64,000 nucleotides of DNA from Candidatus Multivoradales bacterium (GTDB lineage Bacteria > Acidobacteriota > Thermoanaerobaculia > Multivoradales > Multivoraceae). A program made the translations under genes and the position numbers. The DNA is taken from NCBI GenBank assembly GCA_965223325.1, contig CBDCWI010000002.1:3488850-3552849 (forward strand), in the 5' to 3' direction. Of this stretch, positions 7,808-16,504 are shown one piece after another. Below the pieces are notes generated by a model. That model did no database searches, was not told the DNA's origin, and worked only from the letters and a program-made list of their open reading frames with translations. Each line of letters starts with the position of its first letter. The first letter of the stretch is position 1.

Positions 7808-9265
7808 CTACTCGACATAGCCGAGCGCCTCGAGTTCGCGGCGCTCCTCTTCGGAGTAGTCGCGTCCTGTATTGTCGCGGACCGTCACCGACGGCTTCCC
7901 CATTTCTTGATGGATGAACGCGAGGTCGCGCTTGAAAGCTGTTTCGAGATCTTGATCCCCTCCGGGGAGTCCCAGTAGTTGCTGACCATCCATGTGCGCC
8001 AGTTGTGAGGCATGGGGAACCTCATACTGGAAAATCACTTGCCGATCCTCGCGCAGCAGCGTGACTCCCGAAACCCAGGTCGGGTCGTGCCGAACATGCT
8101 CGGAGATCGCGAAAGGGGGATCTCCGTTGTCAGGGGTCGGTGGAGCCAGGAAGAGAGCCGTTTGGTCGACACCGTCGAGACCATCCGGAACTTCTATGTC
8201 GGCAAGGGTTCCGAGGGTGGGGAACAGATCGATCTGCTCGATGATGGTCTCCTCGAATCGCGGCCCGGCGCCCATGTTTCGAGCCCGAAGCGCCACGGGC
8301 AAGCGCACGACCAGGGGTATGCGCACGACTTCTTGGTGAAGTGAATGGCCGTGCGCCCAGCCACCGCGGTCATAGAGCTCTTCGCCGTGATCGGCCGTCA
8401 CGATGATCAGAAAGTCGTCGAACTGCCCGGCGTCCCGCAACGTTTCGAAGAGGTGCGCAACATGGTCACCGTCGAAATAGGCGAGTTCTGTGTCATAAAG
8501 CGCCCGCGCCTCTTCAATGTCAGCGGGAGTGAGATCGCTCCGCTTCTTGTAGGTGAGCACGCTGAAGTCGACCGTGCTGTCGGTCGTCGGAAAACGGTCC
8601 CGGTAATGCGCGGCCTTGCCCTTCTTGATCACGTAAGGGTCGTGCGGCCCGATGAAGTGAACGTAAGCGAAAACCTTGTCGGCTTCGTCGAGGTCGCTGA
8701 ACCACTTTCGAAAGTGGCGTGCCGCTGGCTTGAGGCGGCCGTAGACTTCGAACCCTCGGCCGAAGCCTTGTTGTTCCGAGATGTGCGAGTTTTCGACAAA
8801 GCCAGCGGTCCTCCAGCCCGCATCTGTGAACGCCTGGCCAAGGCTCGGCACGTCGCTCGGAAAGCTCACCGTGCGCTCCTCTTTCGTGCCATCAGGAAGC
8901 ACCATGTGCCGGCCGACGGTGACGCCGTGGTGGCGCGGGTAGAGCCCCGAAAAAAGCGAAGCGACCGAGGGCTTGGTCCAGTTCGCCTGGGCAAATGCGC
9001 GCGTAAAGACGACTCCCTCGGCTGCCAACGCGTCGATTGTCGGAGTGGTTGGCCGCGGATAGCCATACACGCCGAAGTGATCTGGCCGCGCGCAGTCGAT
9101 CGACACCAGGAGGATTTTCTCGACCGGGCTCTCGATTTGGGCAGCCGGCTCTACCATCCCCCGCCCTTCTCCCGCAGGCGGCGCCGGCGAGCAGGCCAGC
9201 GGGAGCGAGGCCATCGCAACCAACAGGCCAGTGGACCGCGGGCGGCTGAAGAAGCGGGGGATCAC
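7808..9265 (-). CDS. Sulfatase-family (alkaline-phosphatase superfamily) protein with N-terminal signal peptide. Paralog 2.
   Basis: GTG start at 9265 gives MIPRFFSRPRSTGLLVAMASLPLACS. The block KILLVSIDCARPDHFGVYGYPRPTTPTIDALAAEG is sulfatase-fold like. Overall architecture and length match paralog 1. The C-terminal tail ...RELEALGYVE is nearly identical to paralog 1. Confidence 0.7.
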   Translation of the reverse strand: MIPRFFSRPRSTGLLVAMASLPLACSPAPPAGEGRGMVEPAAQIESPVEKILLVSIDCARPDHFGVYGYPRPTTPTIDALAAEGVVFTRAFAQANWTKPSVASLFSGLYPRHHGVTVGRHMVLPDGTKEERTVSFPSDVPSLGQAFTDAGWRTAGFVENSHISEQQGFGRGFEVYGRLKPAARHFRKWFSDLDEADKVFAYVHFIGPHDPYVIKKGKAAHYRDRFPTTDSTVDFSVLTYKKRSDLTPADIEEARALYDTELAYFDGDHVAHLFETLRDAGQFDDFLIIVTADHGEELYDRGGWAHGHSLHQEVVRIPLVVRLPVALRARNMGAGPRFEETIIEQIDLFPTLGTLADIEVPDGLDGVDQTALFLAPPTPDNGDPPFAISEHVRHDPTWVSGVTLLREDRQVIFQYEVPHASQLAHMDGQQLLGLPGGDQDLETAFKRDLAFIHQEMGKPSVTVRDNTGRDYSEEERRELEALGYVE

Positions 9266-9348
9266 GGGGGTCCTATCGGGACGTTTGCCCGATGCATTGG
9301 GGGCGTCTTGACGGATTCTGGATGGAAGCAGCAGGGCCAGGACTGTGG

Positions 9349-10665
9349 CTAGCCAGCCGAAAGCAAGGAAAAATACTGCGCCGCCATGCTAGCGCAGTCC
9401 TCCAGTTCGATGCGCTGAACTCGCTCGACGCCAGTCAGCCACTTCTCCCGATTGCCAACAAGCGACTTGATCTGTGCAAGCACATCCTCAGGAGCCGTTG
9501 GGGATACCGTCCACCCTCCGCCGGTTTCGATGATGCGTTCACCGACCGCCCCACGATCACTGGCGAGCACGGGGACGCCGAGGGCTAAGACTTCTGTCAG
9601 TGTGTGGCTCCAGGTTTCGGACCAGATGGGGAGAAGAATCGCCAGGCTGGGCTGAATCCGCTCCACCAGCCCGGGAAGTTCTGTCGGCGCATAGGGCCCG
9701 TGCTCCACCATAACGCCATGGGCGGCGTAGCGGCTGAGCTCTTCACAGTGCGGGCCGAGGTGGTGAAGAACCAGCTTCGGGCCGCCGCGCAGGCTTTCCT
9801 CTAGAACCGCCGCCAACTCGTTGCTGCCCTTGTGTCGATCGAGCTTCCCTAGGGTCACGATCCGGATGGTCTCGCCCGCTACCGGTGGCGCCGCGAGATC
9901 GTGGCGCTCGAGATCGCGGCCATGCGGAATCCGGTGGATACGATCGGCGAGCGACGGCAGGCTGCGGGCAAGAATCTCTTGCGACGACCATGAGGTCACA
10001 ACAACCGCCGAAACCTGCGCGAGGGCTTCCTCTACTTCCTGGACCCACTGTGCCCGGTAGCCCGACTTGAGAACCGGCAACCCTTCGAGCCAGGGCACCG
10101 GAAGTTGGCACTGGCCTCGCCCTTCGGTGCACTGACCACCGCAATCCCTGGCCTGGTCGTCGAGCAATACGAAGCTCGGACACACCAGATAGTGGTCGTG
10201 GGCCGACACGACGACGCGCACCCCGCGCTCGGCGCACAGGTCGAGCAGGTCGAAGGTGTGCGCGAGCAGGTGCCTGAGGTGCACCGCGTTGGGCCTTGTG
10301 GCATCGAGAACCCCACGGTAGAGCTCGCGAAAATCGGCGCGGCGATGGTCCGTCGCCTGCCAGGGTCGTCGATGGTGGAAGGCTCGATCAACCGCGCGAC
10401 CCTTACTGTCGGAGCCTTCGAGGACCATGCGAAAGGGGTCGGCCCGCAACACTGAAGCGTCGAGTCTCGTTCCCAGTGCGGCCAACAGGTCGCGGCTGGT
10501 TCTGTCGACCCCACCCGGCGCATCGTGGAGAACGGTGAGCACGCGCAGCGCATCCTTCTCGGCCCCAACCATCTGTGGCCGGAAATCGCGCTCTCGGCCA
10601 AGGAGCGTCTCGCGCAGCCTGCGCGCAAAGCGGTGCCGGCGACTTCCCCAGGCGAGCAGGTCCAC
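9349..10665 (-). CDS. GT4-family (group 1) glycosyltransferase
   Basis: LRVLTVLHDAPGGVDR N-terminus. GT4-type C-terminal half (...LGPHCEELSRYAAHGVMVEHGPYAPTELPGLV..., E-x7-E-like region). The start may instead be ATG 10572 (MVGAEKDALRVLTVL). Confidence 0.75.
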   Translation of the reverse strand: MDLLAWGSRRHRFARRLRETLLGRERDFRPQMVGAEKDALRVLTVLHDAPGGVDRTSRDLLAALGTRLDASVLRADPFRMVLEGSDSKGRAVDRAFHHRRPWQATDHRRADFRELYRGVLDATRPNAVHLRHLLAHTFDLLDLCAERGVRVVVSAHDHYLVCPSFVLLDDQARDCGGQCTEGRGQCQLPVPWLEGLPVLKSGYRAQWVQEVEEALAQVSAVVVTSWSSQEILARSLPSLADRIHRIPHGRDLERHDLAAPPVAGETIRIVTLGKLDRHKGSNELAAVLEESLRGGPKLVLHHLGPHCEELSRYAAHGVMVEHGPYAPTELPGLVERIQPSLAILLPIWSETWSHTLTEVLALGVPVLASDRGAVGERIIETGGGWTVSPTAPEDVLAQIKSLVGNREKWLTGVERVQRIELEDCASMAAQYFSLLSAG

Positions 10666-10666
10666 G

Positions 10667-11512
10667 CTAGTGCCCGGAGAGTTGGGTCTGAAGGTGGGCG
10701 CGCAGCCCTGCGAGGGGGTCGGCTTCGAGGAACTGCGAGACGCTTCCCAGGTAGTCCGGGTGCCGCACTTTCAGGACCCTCAGGCCGCGCCACAACAACC
10801 AGCGCTTCTTCCAACCGATCGAGCGCGACCCATGGTGGAAGACATAGACCGAGTCAGCGAGGACATGACGCATCCCGAGCGCGGTCGCTCGCACGCAGAA
10901 ATCGTTCTCTTCGCCCGCACCCTCCGGAAACGCCTTCTCGTCAAAGCTACCCACTGCCGCGAGCGCCGCTCGGCGCACGAAGAGACAGAAGCCGTGGCCG
11001 GTGGGGACTTCGGGAGAAAGCCCTGGGCTCCACTTCGCCACCAACGCCGCCATGCGCGCGTCGTCTATCGAAATGTTCGGAGCCGGCCCGTCGTAGGGCA
11101 CCGAAAAGGGGCCGGCGTTGTTCGACAGCGGGGTGACGGTAGCGATCTTCGGATCGGTCGCAGCCACCGCAACGATTCCGGCCAGCCACCCCTTCGTTAC
11201 CCGAGTGTCGCTGTTGAGCAGCACCACATCGCGGTCGCGAGCGAGGGCGCATCCTGCATTGATGGTGGCGGTATAGCCACGCCGCTGCGGATGAATGTGG
11301 AGCGCCCAGCCTGGGTTGCGGCGCCTGGCTTCTTCGAGTTGTGGTCGCGTCGAGTCATCGCGGCTCGCATCGTCGATGAGAAGAACCTGCTCGCCCTCGG
11401 CATGGCGTTCGAGCGCAGCGATACACTCCGCCACAACCCCCGGGGCGCCGTGGACTGGTACGACCACCGTCGTGTTGGCTACAGATGGGCTGCCTGATGA
11501 ATCTGAGGGCAT
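10667..11512 (-). CDS. GT2-family glycosyltransferase
   Basis: ORF 10667..11941. I trimmed the start to ATG 11512 (MPSDSSGSPSVANTTVVVPVHGAP...) because the longer N-terminus overlaps wzm and is low-complexity. GT2 motifs: LLIDDASRD, LLNSDTRV, GHGFCLFVRRAAL, EENDFCVRA. Confidence 0.7.
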   Translation of the reverse strand: MPSDSSGSPSVANTTVVVPVHGAPGVVAECIAALERHAEGEQVLLIDDASRDDSTRPQLEEARRRNPGWALHIHPQRRGYTATINAGCALARDRDVVLLNSDTRVTKGWLAGIVAVAATDPKIATVTPLSNNAGPFSVPYDGPAPNISIDDARMAALVAKWSPGLSPEVPTGHGFCLFVRRAALAAVGSFDEKAFPEGAGEENDFCVRATALGMRHVLADSVYVFHHGSRSIGWKKRWLLWRGLRVLKVRHPDYLGSVSQFLEADPLAGLRAHLQTQLSGH

Positions 11513-11515
11513 GGA

Positions 11516-12274
11516 GTGCGCCGCCTCACCGACCTGATCCTCTACAAGACCTACGCTGACCTGAAGTCGGAGTCCGAGCGGACCTACGTCGGTTTCCTGT
11601 GGTGGGCTATCGAACCGGTCATCGCGATGGCGGTGTACTACGTGGTCTTCGAGCTGGTCTTCCAGCGCGACGTGCCCAACTATGTCACCTTCCTTTTCGT
11701 GGGTCTGGTGCCGTGGCGCTGGTTCAACACCAGCGTGATGCGCGGGGCGAATTCGATCATCGGCGCGCGGGGCCTGATCCAGCAGGTTTACGTGCCGAAG
11801 GTGGTCTTCCCGCTGACCAACTTCGTCGTCGACACCATCAAGTTCCTCGTCGTTCTCCTCTTGGTGTTGATCGTCGTTCGCGTCGGCGACTTTCCCATCG
11901 GTGCGCCGTACCTCGCGTTTCCCGTGTTGCTTCTGGTCCAAGGATTGTTTGTTGTGTCGCTAACCCTCCTCATCGCCGCAGTCGCTCCCTTTCTTCCAGA
12001 CGTTCGGATCGTGATCGAGAACGTCATGCGGCTCCTTTTCTTCCTCTCCGGCGTCTTCTACGACATCGGCGACATGTCCCCCCGCATGCAGGCCTGGTTT
12101 CGAATCAACCCGATGACGACCATCATCGAGGCTTACCGCGACATCCTCATGCACGACGAATGGCCGGCTTTCGGAGCGCTGGCTGTCATCACCGTCTTGT
12201 CGCTCATGATTCTGGCGCTTGCTGTCTGGCTGCTCCGGCGGCTCGACTTCGCCTACGCCAAGATCGCCCTCTAG
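11516..12274 (+). CDS. wzm: ABC-2 type polysaccharide export permease (Wzm-like)
   Basis: LILYKTYADLKSESERTYVGFLWWAIEPVIAMAVYYVVF matches the conserved Wzm N-terminal block. About six hydrophobic segments. GTG start. The ATP-binding partner follows immediately. Confidence 0.8.
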   Translation: MRRLTDLILYKTYADLKSESERTYVGFLWWAIEPVIAMAVYYVVFELVFQRDVPNYVTFLFVGLVPWRWFNTSVMRGANSIIGARGLIQQVYVPKVVFPLTNFVVDTIKFLVVLLLVLIVVRVGDFPIGAPYLAFPVLLLVQGLFVVSLTLLIAAVAPFLPDVRIVIENVMRLLFFLSGVFYDIGDMSPRMQAWFRINPMTTIIEAYRDILMHDEWPAFGALAVITVLSLMILALAVWLLRRLDFAYAKIAL

Positions 12275-12290
12275 AGTGTCTGAATCCGTC

Positions 12291-13097
12291 ATGCCTGACA
12301 CCGAACTCAATGCGGACAGGGACTCCCCGGCGCCCGTGGTCGGCGAAACCCCTCACGGGCGGCCCATCCTGTCGCTCGAAGAAGTTGGCGTGTCGTATCG
12401 CCGCCGGCGGGGGCTCTTTTCGCGCCCGACCGATCTGTGGGCAGTGCGCTCAGTAACGATGGACATCTACGAAGGCGAAACCGTTGGCGTGATCGGCCGC
12501 AACGGTGCGGGCAAGAGCACTCTTCTCAAGGTGCTCGCCGGGATCATCAAGCCTGACCGCGGACACCTCGAGGTCCACACAGACCATCGGGTGTCCCTGT
12601 TGTCACTCCAGGTGGGTTTCTTGCAGTACCTGTCGGGGCGCGAGAACGTCTATCTGAGCGGTCTCCTGCTCGGTATGACCCGCCGCGAGCTCGACGCCAA
12701 GATCGACGACATCATCGCCTTCGCAGAGCTCGATCAGTTCATCGATGAACCGATTGGCACTTACTCGGCGGGCATGCGCGCGCGGCTCGGGTTCTCGACC
12801 GCCTTTCACGTCGATCCCGAGATCCTCCTGGTCGATGAGGTGCTGGGCGTCGGAGACGCCGAGTTCGTCGCCAAGTCACAAGCCGTTATGCGCGAGCGCA
12901 TCCGGTCCGATAAGACGGTGGTTCTGGTCTCGCACAGCGCCGCCTCGATCCGCGAGCTTTGCGATCGCGCCGTGTGGATCGACAAGGGGCGCTCTATGGC
13001 TTCTGGCCCAACCGAAGACGTTCTCGTCGCCTACATCGAGTCAACCAAGAAGGCCAAGACCAAGCCACCCGAAGAAGAAACCAAAGAACCGGGCTAG
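12291..13097 (+). CDS. wzt: ABC transporter ATP-binding protein (Wzt/KpsT-like; short form without C-terminal carbohydrate-binding domain)
   Basis: ATG 12291 (MPDTELNAD...) lies 17 nt after the wzm stop. Walker A GRNGAGKST, signature YSAGMRARLGF, Walker B ILLVDE. Only 268 aa, so there is no room for a C-terminal carbohydrate-binding module. Confidence 0.85.
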   Translation: MPDTELNADRDSPAPVVGETPHGRPILSLEEVGVSYRRRRGLFSRPTDLWAVRSVTMDIYEGETVGVIGRNGAGKSTLLKVLAGIIKPDRGHLEVHTDHRVSLLSLQVGFLQYLSGRENVYLSGLLLGMTRRELDAKIDDIIAFAELDQFIDEPIGTYSAGMRARLGFSTAFHVDPEILLVDEVLGVGDAEFVAKSQAVMRERIRSDKTVVLVSHSAASIRELCDRAVWIDKGRSMASGPTEDVLVAYIESTKKAKTKPPEEETKEPG

Positions 13098-13108
13098 AGG
13101 GTTGGGCA

Positions 13109-14128
13109 ATGCCTCGAAGTGAACGAGCGCCCGCGGCCGGCTGGACGATCGTCATCCCAACCCACGACACCCGAGAGCTCACCCTCGCGTGTCTCACAAG
13201 GGTTATGGAGGAAGCGCCTCAGGCGACCGTCGTCGTTGTCGACGATGGCAGTCGCGACGGCACGAGCGAAGCGATCGCGGTGGATTTTCCTTCTGCCCTG
13301 GTGCTGCGCAACGAAGAGGCACTTGGCTACACCGGTGCGGTGAACCGGGCGCTCGAGGGCGCCGCGGGTGACTACGTTCTGCTCCTGAATTCGGACGCCG
13401 TGCTGCTTTCTGGTTCGCTCGCCGCCGCTGCCGATGCCTTCGCGCGCGATCCTCGGCTGGGGATCATCGGCGCAGCACTCGAGAATGCCGATGGCAGCCC
13501 ACAGTGGAGCGGCGGCCGGAAGCCGTCAGCGCTGTGGCTATTCGCCCTCGCCTCTGGCCTAGCGAAGCGCCTTGGGCAGAGCGGGCTCTACCGAAGGCTT
13601 CGGCCGCCCGGCGGTTGGAAGCGTGAGGCTGTTCCTGGGGCCGATAAAACGGCGCCTGTCGACTGGGTCTCCGGGGCGGCGATGGCGATTCGCCAGCCGG
13701 TGCTCACGGCGCTTGGACCCCTTCCCGATGTCTACCGGTTCTTCTGCCAGGACCTCGAATACTGCCTTCGGGCCGGGGTCTCTGGTTGGCGTGTGGCCCT
13801 GGTGCCAGCGTTTCGCGTACGCCACCACCTCGGCGCCAGCTCGGTCGCCGAGCTCGCCTCGGATGGCGGTCTGACTGGCGAGCCTGATGAGGATGCTCTG
13901 CGCTTTTCGATCCTCCTCGAAGACCTGGTTCGCTTCTCTGGTCGTGACCTCGGAGGCCCCGGCCCGCAGCAGGCGCAGCGCGCGCTGGCCGCCGGCCTGC
14001 GTTTACGCGGGCTGCTCGAGGTGTTCTTGGGGCCGACTCCGGGGTTCGAGAACGCGGAACTGGATGTCATCGACCTGGCGTGGCGCCTCCGAACCATTGC
14101 CGAGAACGGCGCCGCGACAGGGAGCTGA
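13109..14128 (+). CDS. GT2-family glycosyltransferase
   Basis: ATG 13109 (MPRSERAPAAGWTIVIPTHD...). Motifs VVVVDDGSRDGT, LLLNSDAVL and a DxD-like region. Confidence 0.75.
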   Translation: MPRSERAPAAGWTIVIPTHDTRELTLACLTRVMEEAPQATVVVVDDGSRDGTSEAIAVDFPSALVLRNEEALGYTGAVNRALEGAAGDYVLLLNSDAVLLSGSLAAAADAFARDPRLGIIGAALENADGSPQWSGGRKPSALWLFALASGLAKRLGQSGLYRRLRPPGGWKREAVPGADKTAPVDWVSGAAMAIRQPVLTALGPLPDVYRFFCQDLEYCLRAGVSGWRVALVPAFRVRHHLGASSVAELASDGGLTGEPDEDALRFSILLEDLVRFSGRDLGGPGPQQAQRALAAGLRLRGLLEVFLGPTPGFENAELDVIDLAWRLRTIAENGAATGS

Positions 14129-14225
14129 CAGACGCCCCAGAGGCCTCTCAAGGTGGGCCTCGGCCGGAGAGCGGCCGGTCGCCTTCGGCTAGAATACATA
14201 TGGGAACGCGCGCCCGCGGCAATTC

Positions 14226-15248
14226 GTGAGGCGCCTCATTGTGATGACTTCGCGTCCCCTTAGGACTCTGCCGAATCTCATGGATCTGCGCCAGGCACCC
14301 ATCTTCAGCCACTTCAGCCGCGAGCACATCGTGGTCCTGGGCAAATGCGGTACCCGGCGGCGCTATGCCGCCGGCGAACGCCTCCTGCCTGCTGAAGACG
14401 GAACCGTTATGGCGCACGTGATCTTGCGCGGGCGCGTACGCTTTCACCGCGAAACGCCCTACGGGCCCTTCGAGCTCACCACCATTGGGGCGGGAAACAT
14501 GGTCGGCGAGATCGCCTTTCTCGACCCCACGATGATGTCGCTCGACGTCAGCGCCGAGACTGACGTCGACTGCCTGGTTCTCGACACGGCCAAGGTTCAA
14601 GAAGAAATGAAGAACGACAAGTTCTTCGACGTCGCCGTCTACTGGACGGCCTGGAAGAGCCTGTCGCTCAAGCTCCGCGACACCAACGCCAAACTGATGC
14701 GCTTCTTCTCGATCGGAGGTCCGATTCCCGAAGAAGAAAAAACGCCCCAGGATCTCTCCGGCGAATTCCGCATCGATATCGAAGCCAAGCGTGCGGTCTT
14801 CCGCGAGCAGAAACTCTCCAACATGGAGATCAACTTCCTTGCGTCGCTTTCGAAGGCGCGGCGGTTAGCGCCCAACGAGGTCATCTTTCGCGAGGGCGAC
14901 CCCGGCGACCGCATGTACCTGGTCGTCGACGGCCGCGTGATGATCAGCAAGGACATCCCGGGCGCCGGTGAAGAAGCCTTGGCGTTTCTCGAGCGTGGTG
15001 AGATCCTCGGCGAGATGGCGTTGATCGACGACGCCCCGCGTTCGGCCGACGCCAAGGCCGACGAGAACGGCGCCATTGTTCTCTCTGTACGCAAAGAGGT
15101 CCTCGAGAAGCTTCTCAACATCGAGAAGGTCTCCTCGTCGCGCCTGCTGCGCGTCTTGTGCCTCTTGATCTCGCGTCGCTTGCGTGACGCGCACGAGAAA
15201 ATCGTCGGCTGGTACATCCTCTCCGGCGGCACCCACGCCTCCGCCTAA
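14226..15248 (+). CDS. Protein with two tandem cyclic-nucleotide-binding (CAP/CRP-like effector) domains and no recognisable output domain
   Basis: Domain 1 contains GNMVGEIAFLDP. Domain 2 contains FREGDPGDRMYLVVDGRVMI...GEILGEMALIDDAPRSADAKA. No HTH or enzymatic motif is visible. Alternative starts at 14244 and 14280. Confidence 0.7.
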   Translation: MRRLIVMTSRPLRTLPNLMDLRQAPIFSHFSREHIVVLGKCGTRRRYAAGERLLPAEDGTVMAHVILRGRVRFHRETPYGPFELTTIGAGNMVGEIAFLDPTMMSLDVSAETDVDCLVLDTAKVQEEMKNDKFFDVAVYWTAWKSLSLKLRDTNAKLMRFFSIGGPIPEEEKTPQDLSGEFRIDIEAKRAVFREQKLSNMEINFLASLSKARRLAPNEVIFREGDPGDRMYLVVDGRVMISKDIPGAGEEALAFLERGEILGEMALIDDAPRSADAKADENGAIVLSVRKEVLEKLLNIEKVSSSRLLRVLCLLISRRLRDAHEKIVGWYILSGGTHASA

Positions 15249-15280
15249 GAGGTCTGCGGCGCGCATTCAGACGCCAACAC

Positions 15281-16504
15281 TTAGCGGCTCAAATCTTGGC
15301 GGCTCAGATCTACTGGCTTGGGCCCAACGGCGGCAGCGGCCGCGAGACACTTACCGACCATCGCAGCAAGCGGAAGCGAAGCGAGGTCTTCTTCGCTCGC
15401 CCAAACGGCCTCGTAGGGAACCTCGGCGACATCAGATCCTCCCGTCGTCCTGTCGGCAGACCACACCGCGGTGCATATCTCGTAAGTGATCTTGTGATTG
15501 GTGATCGAGTGCCGGGCTTCTGGTAGCCGCCGTATCGTCTCGCTACCTTCGGAGCGCCCTACGGCGCAGAAGCTGAACTTGCCGCCAACCCGACGTGCGA
15601 GGCGTTCGGCTGTTTCCTCGCTCGGCCAGAGACGTTCGGCCGCGACCTCAACGTTGGGCAGCTCCCACATCCCCGCTGCGACGCCCTTCTGACGGCCCCC
15701 GCGAGCCGCCCGTTCCCGCGCTAGCAGGTACCGGCCGCTCTTGTCACGCACCAGAGCCACAACGCGACGCACGAGTTTGGGTTCCGCGCGCTGTGGGCGT
15801 AGCGGATACTGGTCCACCGCCCCGATCTCGAAGGCGCGGCAGTCCTCCTTCAGCGGACATCGCCCGCAACGCGCCTTCTTCGGCCGGCAGATGGTCGCCC
15901 CGAGCTCCATCATCGCCTGCACGCTGTCGCCAGAACGTTTCCGGTCCAGAAGCCCGGTCGCCACCTCCTCGATGACGCGGCGACCGACCGCGCGCTTGGG
16001 GTTCTCATCGAGCGCCACCAGTCGTGCGATGACACGCTCTACGTTCCCGTCGATCGCAGCGACTGGTTCGTTCCAGCAGATGCTGGCGACGGCAGCAGCG
16101 GTGTACGCACCGACGCCCGGCAGCTCGCGCAATACCGCAACGCTACGAGGAAAACCGCCGCGCGCCACCAACTCACGCGCCGCTGCATGAAGCATTCGCG
16201 CTCGACGGTAGTAGCCGAGGCCCGACCACTCCGTCAGCACGTCGTCTTCAGTTGCCGTCGCCAGCGCGGCGGGATCGGGAAAGCGCTTCATGAACGATTC
16301 GAAGCGTTCGATCACGACTTCGACGCGCGTTTGTTGGAGCATCACTTCGGATACAAGAACCGGCCATGGTTCTCGCGACGCGCGCCACGGAAGTTCGCGT
16401 TGGTGCTTCAGGTACCAAGTGAGAAGCTTGGCGCTACTAGCGTCGACTCGCTTGTTCAAACCCGTCGATACTCCTCGCAACGTGATCTCTGACGGTCGTG
16501 ACAA
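15281..16504 (-). CDS. mutY: A/G-specific adenine DNA glycosylase
   Basis: LTWYLKHQRELPWRASREPWPVLVSEVMLQQTRVEVVIERFESFMKRFP...LGYYRRARMLHAAAR aligns closely with the MutY N-terminus. There is a HhH-GPD region, a 4Fe-4S Cys cluster C-x6-C-x2-C-x5-C (ICRPKKARCGRCPLKEDC), and a NUDIX-like C-terminal domain. There is no ATG at the 5' end, so the exact TTG or GTG start is uncertain. Confidence 0.85.
   Translation of the reverse strand: MSRPSEITLRGVSTGLNKRVDASSAKLLTWYLKHQRELPWRASREPWPVLVSEVMLQQTRVEVVIERFESFMKRFPDPAALATATEDDVLTEWSGLGYYRRARMLHAAARELVARGGFPRSVAVLRELPGVGAYTAAAVASICWNEPVAAIDGNVERVIARLVALDENPKRAVGRRVIEEVATGLLDRKRSGDSVQAMMELGATICRPKKARCGRCPLKEDCRAFEIGAVDQYPLRPQRAEPKLVRRVVALVRDKSGRYLLARERAARGGRQKGVAAGMWELPNVEVAAERLWPSEETAERLARRVGGKFSFCAVGRSEGSETIRRLPEARHSITNHKITYEICTAVWSADRTTGGSDVAEVPYEAVWASEEDLASLPLAAMVGKCLAAAAAVGPKPVDLSRQDLSR

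Noticed and set aside
11513-11941. N-terminal 143 residues of ORF 10667..11941 (MDQKQHGKREV...)
   Set aside because: It is acidic low-complexity sequence antisense to wzm. The GT2 homology starts near ATG 11512.
14180-14195. ctagaatacatatg near 14186 considered as a -10 element for the cNMP-binding protein gene
   Set aside because: No convincing -35 partner at 16-19 bp spacing. It is too weak to list as a feature.
14148-14600. Minus-strand ORF 14148..14600 (150 aa)
   Set aside because: It overlaps the 5' part of the cNMP-binding protein gene on the opposite strand and shows no features. It is a likely shadow ORF.
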